DNA of 64,000 nt, from positions 9,176,001 to 9,240,000 of the forward strand of contig OZ365112.1 in assembly GCA_977030845.1 (NCBI GenBank), given 5' to 3'. Below, piece by piece: positions 21,789 to 34,800 of the stretch (position 1 is the first letter of the stretch; each line of letters starts with the position of its first letter). Under the pieces are notes generated by a model. It searched no databases. It saw only the letters and a list, made by a program, of their open reading frames with translations, and was not told the origin of the DNA. Source of the DNA: Fimbriosthenelais zetlandica. Lineage: Eukaryota. The translations under genes were made by a program, and so were the position numbers.

Positions 21789-23084
21789 TTAAGGGGTTAC
21801 ATTCTGGGTATAAATGTTCCTAAGGCTGAGCCCCAGAGGAAACCTAAACCAAAGTGAGGCCTTGAACTGGTCTTTCAAAAATACCTTTTCTCCACCAGAG
21901 CATAAAAACAGGAATAAAGTTTCACATATTCCCGGAATATATATATAACATATTAAGTATATTTTTTTCTTCTGACACGCGTCAACCTTGAGTAAAAACG
22001 GGAAGACAAACTATACTTGTAAGATAAAAAATTGTTTCTGTATGCTGGATGATTGCCAGGCTGTCCTTGGATCACTGACAAGGACTGGTCTGTCATTTAT
22101 TTGTTCTGTGAAGTTATTTTTTGACTGGACAGAGATCTCAGAGACTTGTCCAGCTGTTTGGTCTGTTGTCTTATAGGCGTGTAGGTCTGGTAAAAATGAT
22201 TTTCACATATGTAGGAATGTCAGGGTGGGGGAAGGAAGGTGGGGTGGGGTTTCAGGTGGAATCTGACTACACGACAACATGACTTTCTTTGGAAAAAGGC
22301 CAGTCCTGGTGTAACACCTACCTATGTTAGTCCTACCAAAGAGCATACTGGTCTTTGGTCATACTATAGAAAGATAGTTTCTCAAAAAAATTTGGTGTCC
22401 AAATCATTATCATTTACTAATCTGTCCATCCTTCCTTCTANNNNNNNNNNNNNNNNNNNNNNNNNNNNNNNNNNNNNNNNNNNNNNNNNNNNNNNNNNNN
22501 NNNNNNNNNNNNNNNNNNNNNNNNNNNNNNNNNNNNNNNNNNNNNNNNNNNNNNNNNNNNNNNNNNNNNNNNNNNNNNNNNNNNNNNNNNNNNNNNNNNN
22601 NNNNNNNNNNNNNNNNNCCTTCTTGCAAACATCCTTTACTTTTTTCTTTAATTTTATTTCTTGTGATTTTTTTCCCTTTGATTTTTTCTATGATTTTTTG
22701 TCATACCATCACATGCAACTACAGGCTATCTGTCTCTTTGCCTATCCACCCTGTCTGGGCCCACCCATCCTGGCTATCTGTCTCTCTGCCTGTCCATCCT
22801 GTCTACCCCCACCCCCACCCCGTCCCCCCTCCTTTGCCCACCTCGCCCCACCTGCCCATCTCTATACACTACGCCTGTCATTTCTTTAGCCAGGTAAGCC
22901 AATGCTTGTTTGTCCATGTGTATGTAGGTATTAACTTACCTCCAGGGTCTAGGCAGGTGGTCTCCACCTCTCTATACCTATACCCTACCTGGGGGCACTC
23001 AAAAACAACCGGGCTACCTATGTTCATCGCCTTCCCCAAGCATTCTCCATATTTGTCTTCTTTGTCCTTCTCCACTCAGTTCTG

Positions 23085-23245
23085 GTAAGTGGGATATCAA
23101 AGGCTTACCATGTCCACCTGTTGTGATATGTATGAAAAGGCATGCCATATCTCCCACTGTATGTGGTGAGAGGCATGTAAAAGCCAGCCATGTATCCTAC
23201 TATTTATGGTGAGAGGCATGTCTCCCACTGTCTGTGGTGAGAATT
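23085..23245 (+). repeat. Deu/Nin-type SINE core fragment with local tandem expansion
   Basis: gggatatcaaagg...catatctcccactgtatgtggtgagaggcatgtaaaagccagcc; same motif as 45045-45112 and 54923-55265. Confidence 0.6.
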
Positions 23246-24736
23246 TTGAAATAGAAAATTGTTNNNNNNNNNNNNNNNNNNNNNNNNNNNNNNNNNNNNN
23301 NNNNNNNNNNNNNNNNNNNNNNNNNNNNNNNNNNNNNNNNNNNNNNNNNNNNNNNNNNNNNNNNNNNNNNNNNNNNNNNNNNNNNNNNNNNNNNNNNNNN
23401 NNNNNNNNNNNNNNNNNNNNNNNNNNNNNNNNNNNNNNNNNNNNNNNNNNNNNNNNNNNNNNNNNNNNNTCTCCCTGTCCATCTCTCTCTCCTCTTCCCA
23501 TCTCCTGTCCACTCTCTCTCTCTCTTTCTCCCTCTCCCTCTCTCCCCTCCCCTCTCCCTCTCCTCATGTAATACCATGTATGCCCGTGTTAGTGAGTACC
23601 CTAGCCCCGGGCTACTCCCACCACTGACTGATCTTCACTGACATGTCTAACTTCACTCTTCACACCTCTATAGAGAACACCTGAGTAACCCCGAGTAACG
23701 TCTAAACGTCTCAGATTAGTTACACTCTAATTGGACAAACACATCCTTTCTTCATCAACTTTTATTCATGTGGAAAAACTACTACTACCTCCATCTATTC
23801 TATACTGGGCTCATATATTATAAAAATCTCCAGCAATAGATTTTGGTTGTCATGTTATAAAAATATACAAATATAATATACAAATAATGTGTTTTTTCAG
23901 CTTCTTGACATCTTCTTTTCTTTAATTTTTTAAAACTTAGTTTTCACCCTGTTACTTCGTCTTTAAAGTGATTAACTTCTTTGGAGGTCCTTCCTTCAGG
24001 TGTTTTTGCAGCTTTCCTTTGCTTAATCTTTCCAGTCCATTTCGATGGATTCCTTTATGTCATTGACAACTATTGACTAATTTCTTATGAGATTTTCTTT
24101 TTTCTACATCCTCCAATTTAACATGTAAACTACATCTTAAAAAGTTATTCGATCAACTTGCCAATATTCTCTGCATGGGTGGGCCATTGGGGATTTGATT
24201 ACAGAGTATAGTGTACTTGTTGAACTATTTGTACCAAGTTGTGTAATGTATTTCGTAGTTAGGGGTTCCAAGTATGAACCCAATGAAACAAAACCTATTA
24301 GGCCTATAGAACCCTAAGCCTTATCTTACTGAATTCCCCTTTTGTTGTTTTTTCAGGTAAACCCAACACTCCCATGTGCTGTCAGTCGAATCCATAGAAG
24401 TAGGTCTTTAAAATGAATTACTTCTAACGCCAGTGAGGGATGGTGAAAACAGGAGGGTGTTTTGTGCTTCTGAATGACCCTAAATGTTACAATACCCGCA
24501 GAGGATGGGTAGACCATCTGGAAGGGTCAGGCCCCGGATCGACCAAGAATTAAAGTGATATTTCGAACCCACTCCACCTGACCGACTTTTGACAACACTG
24601 AAGCTGTTCTAAACCACCCAAGCTGGGAAAAGAACCTCCATTGTGGATTTATTTAAAGTGGTAATATTTGCACTCCAAGATGATCCACATTTTTTGAATA
24701 TTTGTATGAATATTGGATTGTTCATAGGAAGGAATC

Positions 24737-25843
24737 ATGCAGTGGTTTAGTGGACGTTTTGTTGGTGAAGGGAGGTATGGGGAGGTTGCTTACATTGCCA
24801 TTTGTTTGTTGTGTTTATGTGCAAGTTGTTTGTGTCATGGCAAGGACTTGGGACATCAACATACTCAAGAAAGTACGCGAAAGTATCATATCCAGGATTT
24901 AAACCAAGCTGAGAAAGACACCTTGAAACACATAGGGGCGGGGAAGGACCGTGCTGAAACATTGTTGTTTCTTCAAAAACTGTTTGATAAATATGGAGAA
25001 AATGGCCTTATGACTTTTGAAGGGTTTGAACATTTGTTACAAAGTTTGGGGATTGGTAAAGTGATGATTGAGGACCATGATATTGATGCTCACCGGTCAA
25101 ATGGAAGCTTTATTACATTCCATGGTAACCATAACCACAGCTCCCGAGAGGCAGAGGCACTCGGGAACCTCTCCCAAAGCAAAAAACCACAACATGCGCT
25201 CCACGAGAGCCACTCACAGATGAGACTCAATGAGCATGACCTTCACCACCAAGGTCACGACCTTGACCCTGAAGGTCACGAGTCTGACCCTGAAGGACAG
25301 GATCATGATTCTAAAAGGAAACATAAAAGTCCAGGCGGCGGTGGATCCCAAAGTTCAGTGGGGCAAAAACAACGGCGTGGTCGCCAGAGACCTGGCAAAA
25401 GTCATTCTCATGGCACCCAAGGTCATTCTGAATCTGGAACGAATGAGAAAAAAGATCAAGTATTTACATATGGTGCTGAAAACCAAACTGATATTTTGAC
25501 AATCACAAGCTTGCCTATTCCAGGAGATGGAATGAAAGATACGAAAAAAACTTTACATTCCTCCACAACTGAACCACCTTGTGAATCAAAAGGAAAACGA
25601 AAACATGGTAGAAAGAAAGACAGGAAGAAAGAAAAAGTTAGAAAAAATGAATCTATTCCCCCGGATTCCTCAGGGGAAGAGAGAGATGGTCGAGAGAGGC
25701 GGAGTGTGATGGGAGAAGGAAGTGACGTCATGAATAGGCTGAGAAGGTCATTGGATGACGTCAGTAGCCATGAAGGTCATGACCATGACCATGACGATGA
25801 TGACGTAGGAGAAAAGACGAAGGTTCCTGCACCATTAGACAAG
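24737..25843 (+). CDS. SLC39A10: ZIP paralog 2 first coding exon (signal peptide and His-rich ectodomain)
   Basis: ATG 24737; donor AAG|GTATGT at 25844, phase 0. Confidence 0.9.
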
Positions 25844-28800
25844 GTATGTAGAAACAGCCTCTAATAACATATATTTCTGTTCCAAAATATTAACAAACAG
25901 TGATTTGAATTGCAACCACCAGAAGGTTATTTGGTGTATAACCTTCAACTCTGACCTTGGCTCTGACCTTCGAATTGCCTTTTTGATGGCAGTTATTTAC
26001 ATGGCGTAGATAGATAGGTTGGAGGTTTGTTTTTCACAGTTATCGTCGTTGGAGCACCTCTTGACATTTCATGGCATTTTGAGTGTGTCGATTACACGCC
26101 CATCTCAGTACTTTATGTGATAAAATACACACGGCATGGTCATTGAGGAGGTTGTTATCCTGTAAGGACATTTCAGTTTCACACAATAACTGGTTCCAAT
26201 AACTAAAAGAAAGGCGTCGTCCGTGGTTGGGGCATAAAGTTGATAAAAGTTGACAAAAGTGAAATACACAATACAATTTATTGCATAATTTATTGTTATG
26301 TCCTTAGAGTAAAATCTTACTCTGCCAAAATGGATTGGCAAACCAATGAAGTACGGAAGTCTCACATCAGCTGAATCATATATTTACTGCCTCTGTTTAT
26401 TTGTATATTTGGGATAACATCATAGAATGTTCCCTTCTCATTGACATCATTTCCTTGACAGCGGTCCCTCCCAGTATTAGAAGTCACCCTCTAATAAATC
26501 ATAATTTCCTCAAGATTCTGACACAAGGAATTTATGCCCGAAGGGCCATATTACCAATATAGTACCTCACTAAATATAGTGGAGACCCACTTAACGATCT
26601 CCTCAATAAAGCGACCATCTCATTAGCCGACTACTGAATGGTCAGAACTCCACAAAGGCAGTCTCACTCAAGTGACCATCTTACTATATATGGCCTCTGA
26701 ATGTTCACTGAATGTTTTAACCCACGGACACATAATCACTAAAGCAGTTGTCCTCTAATATCTCAACAATTATTTCAGTCCCATGTGGTCGCATTAGTGA
26801 GAATCGACTGTAAGGTGGGCAATTTTCAATTGTTCTGGCAAGAAATATATGGAGAGTATCCAGGAGTGCCTGACGAATGAACACTGCTTTTATTTTCAAA
26901 ATAAATGTCTTAAATTTCAGTGCAGTAACGCACAGATCCGGGAATTTAATGTTTCGTTTAGCATGAAATGTTTCAATCAATTAACTCCCAGCATTTCTCA
27001 AAATTCATTGTGCCACAACTATGTATTCTAAGTCAGCAGTTTTGACCAGAAAACCACATTGTTCAGAGGCCTGTCTTCGTAACTGTCATTTGTGGTTTTG
27101 CCAGTGGGCCTTCCTTATGAAACAGGCCCCAAGGGCATCTTTAATTGATTGCTGAAGACATTCTTTTCATCTGTAGACATTTTGGTCCATTCAACTTTGA
27201 AAGTAACTGTCAGAGAACAAACATCGGGCCAAAATGGTTTTTAGAAACTTAAAATGCAGGAGAAAATCACTTAATTTTGACACTTTTAATTTGACAATTT
27301 TACCAGTGTCAATTTTCCTATATTATACACTATTCAAATAACCTTAGGGGTCGAAATAGGATTGATACAGGATAGAAATGATGTCTTAGAGAGGCAAATG
27401 AGTGTTCAACCAATTATAGTTCTCTTTGATGTTTTTGGTCGCTCAAATTTTACATATTTGGAGCCAGAAGCCTTTACAGTGCTAACCCCTCTGACCCCGC
27501 CCTTTCTACAATCCTTGATCCGCCCCTGAAATGGCACTTTTACGCGCGTCGCTGAGTGCATTCTCTGCTTTATCAAGAATTGACATGTTAACACTGGTTG
27601 ATTCACGCACGTCTTGACCAACCTTTGTCATACTCGCCTCTCAAGTAGCGCAGCAGGATTCAAATGAATTTTCCCCTCAAAGAGTCAAGCAAATAATCAA
27701 ATAATATTCCTTTGATAACACATAGGTGCACATAGAGCTTCGCTTGAATTTCCACGAAAAGAGTGCGTGCTTGGACTATTACAAGCTTTAATGCAAAAAA
27801 TAGACTTACACTTTTCCCCATAGCTATCATTCCTTTGTCCTTAGGGTAAATCCCTAAGCTTTGTCCCTATACATGGAAGAAATTGTCTTTAATATAAATA
27901 ATTCCCGTACATTGATCTTCCGTATTTTCTTGAAATTTTCAGAATTCGAACATCAATATGAGAGAGCTGTTTTAAAATGTTTAATATCAGATCTGTTTAA
28001 AAATAATAGTGAGAGACTCTAGCAAGTCTATAGAGAGGATGGATAGTTGAAAGGTACAGGGAACCCCAATCTAAAGACCTATGTTTATTATTGGGCCTAG
28101 ACATCTGAAGGTTTTTGATACGTGAAACTTTGGGCCTGTCATCTGAAGAAGTGGGATTTCTTATACGTTTCAACTTTCTGGCCATATTTGTACTGCTTCT
28201 TAACGTGAGAGCTCCATGGAATAGAGAATGTTTGAGGTTGGCGGTCCAGACATTGGCAGACATGTTAAAACCTCACTGTTGGTGCAGGGGCTGTCTGAAA
28301 ATAGTAATGTATGCACTAGAGGAATGATCATGAATGTGTCAGAATTATTGAATAGATTAGAAATATGGAATATGTGGGAAATGTCCATAGGAAGGAAAAC
28401 CTACATCAAATCGAAACTCAGCAATTTTTAGAATTAATTTGAAATTTCATTAGGATAGCACACCCTCAAAACTGTTTTTGATCGGAAATAAGTTGATCCA
28501 GTTCCCCATATGGTACTGTGTTTTGCCTGCAGGATAGTGGCCCAACACACCCTTAGAATATACAACAGTATTTGCCATTTTCCCACCGATATAATGTATA
28601 AAGTACTTTTTAAAGGTAAAATGTAAGTCTCTATATCTTGTCTTTATGTCTCAAACATGTTTTTAAGTCAAAGTATGTTTTATATCTTGGTTTTCTGATA
28701 ACATGCCTTTTCCTATACTGCACATATAGAGACGCACCTGTGGTAAATTTCATTTATTTTAGAGTTGAGCTTTTTGTACACACAGGCCACACTTACCGCC

Positions 28801-31800
28801 TACTTGTGTCAGATTAAGAGGTGACTGTTAGGTGCTTGAATAGGATTTACTTTAATCTCGACTTTAATCCAGAGTTTATATAAAAAAAAAACACGATCAG
28901 ACTTTCTGAAAGAAGCCTTTCAATTTGAACTGAAATTGTTGATATAATTTGAGGTAAGAACCTCTGAAAGAATGATGGTTGGATCGATGGATATGGGAAG
29001 AAATGACAGCATTATTGAATAGCAGGATGTTTAAATAGATAGATATACAGATGGATACATATGGGTAGATAGATAGAGAGATAGAAATACAGAGAGATAA
29101 AAGGCAGAGTCTATATGGACAAATGGTAAGATGGACAGCAGGGTAGGTCACAGAAGAAAGAAAAGAAATATTTAAAATTAAAGAAACTAATAGTTAATAT
29201 TATATCCGTGACTCTATTGTGGAAATATGTCCCTTTCACTCCCACATTTCCATTCATACTTTATGTATAGAGTCACTTAAAGAGCCCTCTCTTTTGACAC
29301 CAATAGTAAAGAGTAGCTGTCAATGGTAGTATAAAGCCTGTTGACGGCATGACAAATTAAGCATGTCACTCAGTCAACCTCACTACACTCTGTGACCAGT
29401 ACTTTGACGATAATAATCACTGTGTTCTTGTTTTAGATAAACTAACGGTCTTTTTTATCATAAGCTTTAAAGCCGAGATAAGATCATCGTGGTCACAATG
29501 ATCGTTGAGTCTTCTATGAAGTGTCAAAAAATTGTCTATTTCCTATTATCTTTTGTACATCAATTCTATCAGTAGATTAAGTACCTGATAGACATTTCCT
29601 AGTATGCCCTTCAAAGTTCCATGAAAGTTTATTATAAAGGAATGCCAGTCATTTGGTCCAACCTTGATTTAACCAGTCATTTGATCGTAAATTATGGGAT
29701 TTAGTGTAGTCCCATTAACTGTCAAATCCACTTAACAAAGATTTTGAATCAACCCCTGAGATTCCAGCATAATGTCCATAATATTAAATTAAAGGATAGC
29801 TTATATTAACCATATTGTAGCCTACATTATGATAGGTATATATAGGCAATATTATAGGCAAATGTTACAAACTATAGAACAATCTTATATCCTCATTTTG
29901 CCAAAGAATAAGATCCCCGGGCCCCATTTTTATTTGGGAATTTTTGCGTATGGTCTCTTAACTATGGCTAGAATATCTGTCACAGAGTGTAAGGGGACAT
30001 GTCAGTTGTGACAGTAGTGACATTAGTGGCTCTACTCTATACTGACAGTGACAGTGAGTCCGTCCCTTGTCAACTTTATAAATGACTTCTTTTCAACCTG
30101 AAGTCAAGGTGTTCACACTTCACTGTTGTGTGCTCTAAACACAAGTATTTATTTTGTTTGCGTCCATAGAATTTAAACCTTCTGTGATATTGAATTTAAC
30201 CATAACTCATTATTTCTAGATATATTTTAAAACATATATAGGGCCTATCTATGCTACTTCCATTATGTTCATATCATTGTGTGAATTCCTGAGATTGTCC
30301 CATAAATTGCCATACTTTGTTAGGCATTACAAAATATTACATCTATGAAATTTAAACTGCTAACATCGTATTATCTTATCATAATATTATTTTCAAGTAC
30401 CTGGTAGTGCTAATTTTGGTCATCAGGAGGGAAGACAACAAAAGTGACGTATGCTGAAGTAATTAAACGGTTCACTCACCCCTTACAATAATAAATTATT
30501 CTATTTTTACTTATTTATCCCCAGAATCCGGTTATTGGAGACCATTGCCATATTTTTATTTTTTTAAATCCACTGTTGCACGTAGGCCAATTTCATTCAA
30601 TTGATTTATAGTTTCACCTCTCTATCTCACCCTTCCTTTCTGCGCCCCCATGTCCTCCATTTCTCCCTCTCCCATCCTTGTTTCTTTCTTTTGTCTTTCT
30701 TTCTTTAAGGAATAGGTATATTTAATTCATGCTTTTACCTATAAGCTTTTTGTCTGGGACAGAGGCGAAAATATTTACAGGATTGGTAGTGATCTTCTGG
30801 TGATAACCATCTGTTATGAGAAGTTTTCTCTCCAGTTGTCACTTCAATTTTCAATCTAGTGGTGCTATAGTATACATCCTATCATTGATCTGTTGCTCCC
30901 TCTTCCCCTCCCCACCCCAATCAAACCACCCCCATCAAACCACCCCCGTCAAACACCCCCACCAAACACCCCCACACTTCCTACCCACCCATCTGAGGTT
31001 TACCATGCTCATATATATGGTCTACCAGTTGCCATACCCCTTTGCCAGTTTCCAAGGAAACACATTTCATTATGACTGCAATGTCACACACAAAAAAACC
31101 CTTGATCTACTATGTGGTTAGGCCTCACCACCAAATTTCCTGGCTTATTCCAAAAAATACCAATTTCCCAGAAAACATACGTGTATGTAAGTACGACCAA
31201 TGACATGTGAAATTCGTAATTGTAGTGGGTGGGGCCGTGGCTTGGGCTGAGAACCATTGACTTGTATAACAATGCTTGAACCTTTGCTTATGAAGCAATC
31301 TTGGTGCTCCTGTCTGGGATGTTCAATGCCAGCCATGTCTGTTGTGAGAGGCATGTCAAAAAACCATTGCTGCTGCCATTCAAAAGAGCATGTCATTGAG
31401 AGCCGATAGCGAGTTTCTGAGATGAAAAAAGAACGCTGAAAAATATTCCTCCTTCGTAGACATGATTGTGCTAAGATGTCATCCTGAAATGGAGACGGGG
31501 TTTGAGATGAATCATGCAGTGGGTCAGGCCTTTAAGTTTACCGTGATATGGATCATGCAGTGGGTCAGGCCTTTAAGTTTACCGTGATAACTAGCTGTAT
31601 GGGTTACTTGTTGTGTAGGGTGGTTTTTATGCTGAAAGGCTCACCTGACAGCCCCAATGATAAAGCTGGGATTTTTTTTTCTTACTTTACCTTCAGAGAG
31701 ATTGCTCCTTATAAATTAGGGTTGTTAGAACCCCCTCTACTAAACAAACACGCAATTGGTATTATCTTTGATTTTTAAAGTTTTTTTTGTTTGATTTAGA

Positions 31801-34800
31801 CTGATATATTGAATTCTTAAATACTGCAACATTCGCTCAAACCATTAAATGGTTAGAACCAACTGTTTTAAAACCACTAAGACACTCATTAAAGGGATCG
31901 ATTGAATTCTACCACAAGAAGTTCAGTCTCAAGATTGATTGCATTAGTTGGACACTACTATAGTTTAGTCGTGTTAGTTGACTAATATTGCGCAATAGTA
32001 TTATTTCCTCAAAAAGAGTATTTGTGAACTTTTTTCTTTTGTTTGCTCCATTGATTGATCTCCCTTGATACCACATTTTCACCCCGTAGATTTCTGTTCA
32101 TATTCTTTTTACAACGGCAAGTATTGACAACGCAGTATGTCCCTTACATATGTGGCACACTCAAAATAGTTTTTCGGATAACTGGATGAAGTGAAATCAA
32201 TAAAGATCACTTTTTGCTCTCACTTTCATCAATTTAGCGGTAACTGGCAATTAAGTGGTAACTAAGGACTTTTCAACCATTTTATCAAGTGACGTTTTTT
32301 CGGAAATTCTCTCTATGTTGCCAGTCGGGCAGTTGGTGGTGTAGGGATAGAACCGTCACAAATCGAGAGCTTCTGTAAAGGTGGGGCTCCATTGTTGCGA
32401 CAGAAGTTGCACATATACCTATGTTGTACGATTAACCTCGTCAATGCGAGGGTTATAATCGAGAAGAGCCCCTCATCAAACGATTGTATTGTGTACGGAG
32501 TGGGATTTATTGGGGAAATGGTAAAGGTATCTCTTTCTTTTAAACTGTGTTGAAACTGGCTACTTAACCTTGAGAAGTTTAGATATATTTACATAGGTCA
32601 CTTGCCTTGTGAACCAACAGGTCTGTTGCGTTGTATGGATTTCATTGACTTCGTAGAAATCCAACAAAAGGTAAGACACTTCGGTAAATCACTGTGTTGA
32701 CTCACTAAGTATAGGAAGGTTTTAGTAATAAGTTTTAGGAAAGAAAAATTAATATTGAAAGTTGTATTTACCCTCCATTGCAAGGGTGNNNNNNNNNNNN
32801 NNNNNNNNNNNNNNNNNNNNNNNNNNNNNNNNNNNNNNNNNNNNNNNNNNNNNNNNNNNNNNNNNNNNNNNNNNNNNNNNNNNNNNNNNNNNNNNNNNNN
32901 NNNNNNNNNNNNNNNNNNNNNNNNNNTGAGTGGGCAAGGGGGCAGGTTAGGGCTTTTCGCCCAAAAATCATTCTGATCCCCCGACTTGCATTCGCCCCTG
33001 GATCCGCAGACGTCCGGCAGGTACGTTATAGCAGGGGGGTGGGAGGGGGGAGGGGTCAGTCAGCGGTGCCAGCCCCCGTGGTCATTCTCCCCTGGACGTC
33101 TCCTGAATGGAGTGAGATGTATAATCTAGTCCCGGGAGAGCCTGAAGACTGGACATTACAAAAGGTCACTATAGCACCTCATTCACCTTTAGGTCTCTTC
33201 TCCTTACATCCAGATTATCATGCTCAAATACGCAGTGGATTGTATATATGCATGTAAATGAAACCTAACAGTCAAGTCCCAGGAAAGCATCGAGGGATCA
33301 AAATGATAAATCTATCCAGTGTTTTACTCCCATGAATTTTTATAATCACCTTTTAATATGCGAGAAACCTCTCAAGAAGTTTTTGAAAGGGAATTTTCTT
33401 AAATCATTGTATCGAATATTACATAGATGGTCGTGAAAATATTTCTTCAGTTTGTCATTCCGATTGGCTCTTTATTTTAAACCTTTGTTTGAATTAGGTG
33501 ATGCAATCTATATGCATAATTCAGCTGCAGGGGAATATATCTATGACCCAGGAGAAAACGTCAAATGCCCTCAGGTCTATGTCTGTGACTAGAACTTCAG
33601 ACAAAATATTTTAAACAAATTTTATGAGAAAATATTTTTTTTTAAAACATGGCCAATGAGTGACTTTGTTAGGAGTCAGTCACATTAATCCATGAATTAA
33701 CATATAGACCATTATCCTGAGAATCGAGACAAAATGTCATAATTATTTTCCATTTTCAAACATTCTTAGTAGGATCATTTCCCTGAGAATTCACCAGTTA
33801 TTCTTTGAGAGAATAGTGGAAAATATTGTATTACAAAACCATGGAATTTGAAAGAATATAGCCGAAAGTAAGGTGCAATGTGGTAGGCCTATTTAATTCT
33901 AATTTCTGATACATTTGGCATGAGAGCCCTGCAGAATTTCCATTGCGTTTGTCATAAACTAGTTTGAGTGAGTGAATATGTTCCAACGTGTACTACACGG
34001 TATTAAAGTGACCACTGGCTACCACTTATGATATAACACTTCCTCATTGACCAACATTCCCTATTGTTGTATGGTGACCTTTCCCTATAGAAGCAGTTGT
34101 TGTGGTCAATAGAGCCAGCCTAGAGTACTGTGTGACATGTGAAACAGATGTTAGTGGTATATGTAACAGACTTGACCCTTCACATATTTACATCTCTTCA
34201 GGACTACATACATTCTTATCCGATATTTCTACAGTATAAATAAAAGGCTTAAAGAAAATGTTGCTGGCACAGTTTTAGATGACCCGTGATAAGGTCATCT
34301 TTCTTCACCATTAAATAACTTCATTTAAAGCAGCTCTATCACCGATCTTTTTCCTGTACAGAGGATTCCTGCTCCACATATTTTGGCGCCATTCAGACAT
34401 ACTATATGTAATAATATAATACTTAAAGAGACCATCTCACTTTATCCATTAAATGGTCAGAACCAAATTTTTAACGCCACTAAGACATACTCACTAAAGC
34501 AACCATCTCATTATGTGACCACTAAATGGTCGGAACTAAATTTGTTAACACTACTAAGACATACTCACTAAAGCGACCATCTCACTATTTGTCAACTATA
34601 TGGTCAGAACCAAATGTTAACGCCACTACAACATCCTCCCTAAAGCGACCATCTCACTATCATATGTCTGCTAAATGCTGAAAACCAAAATGTTTAACAC
34701 CACTAAGACATCACCGATGACCATTCTACTATATAAGACCATAACACACTTGGCGCCAAGAGTGCATGGTGGCATTAATATGCCAGTGTTTTATGTATAT

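Noticed and set aside
22239-23627. Long ORFs of 100-216 aa spanning N runs (also 32749-33257)
   Set aside because: Artefacts of gaps and CT-rich low complexity.
23880-24240. Lys/Glu-rich broken frames on the minus strand
   Set aside because: Multiple stops and no recognisable motif; possibly an old TE but unsupported.
34420-34740. CRISPR-like appearance of regularly spaced repeats (also 54923-55265)
   Set aside because: Units are contiguous degenerate tandem repeats without unique spacers, in eukaryotic intron context with no cas genes.
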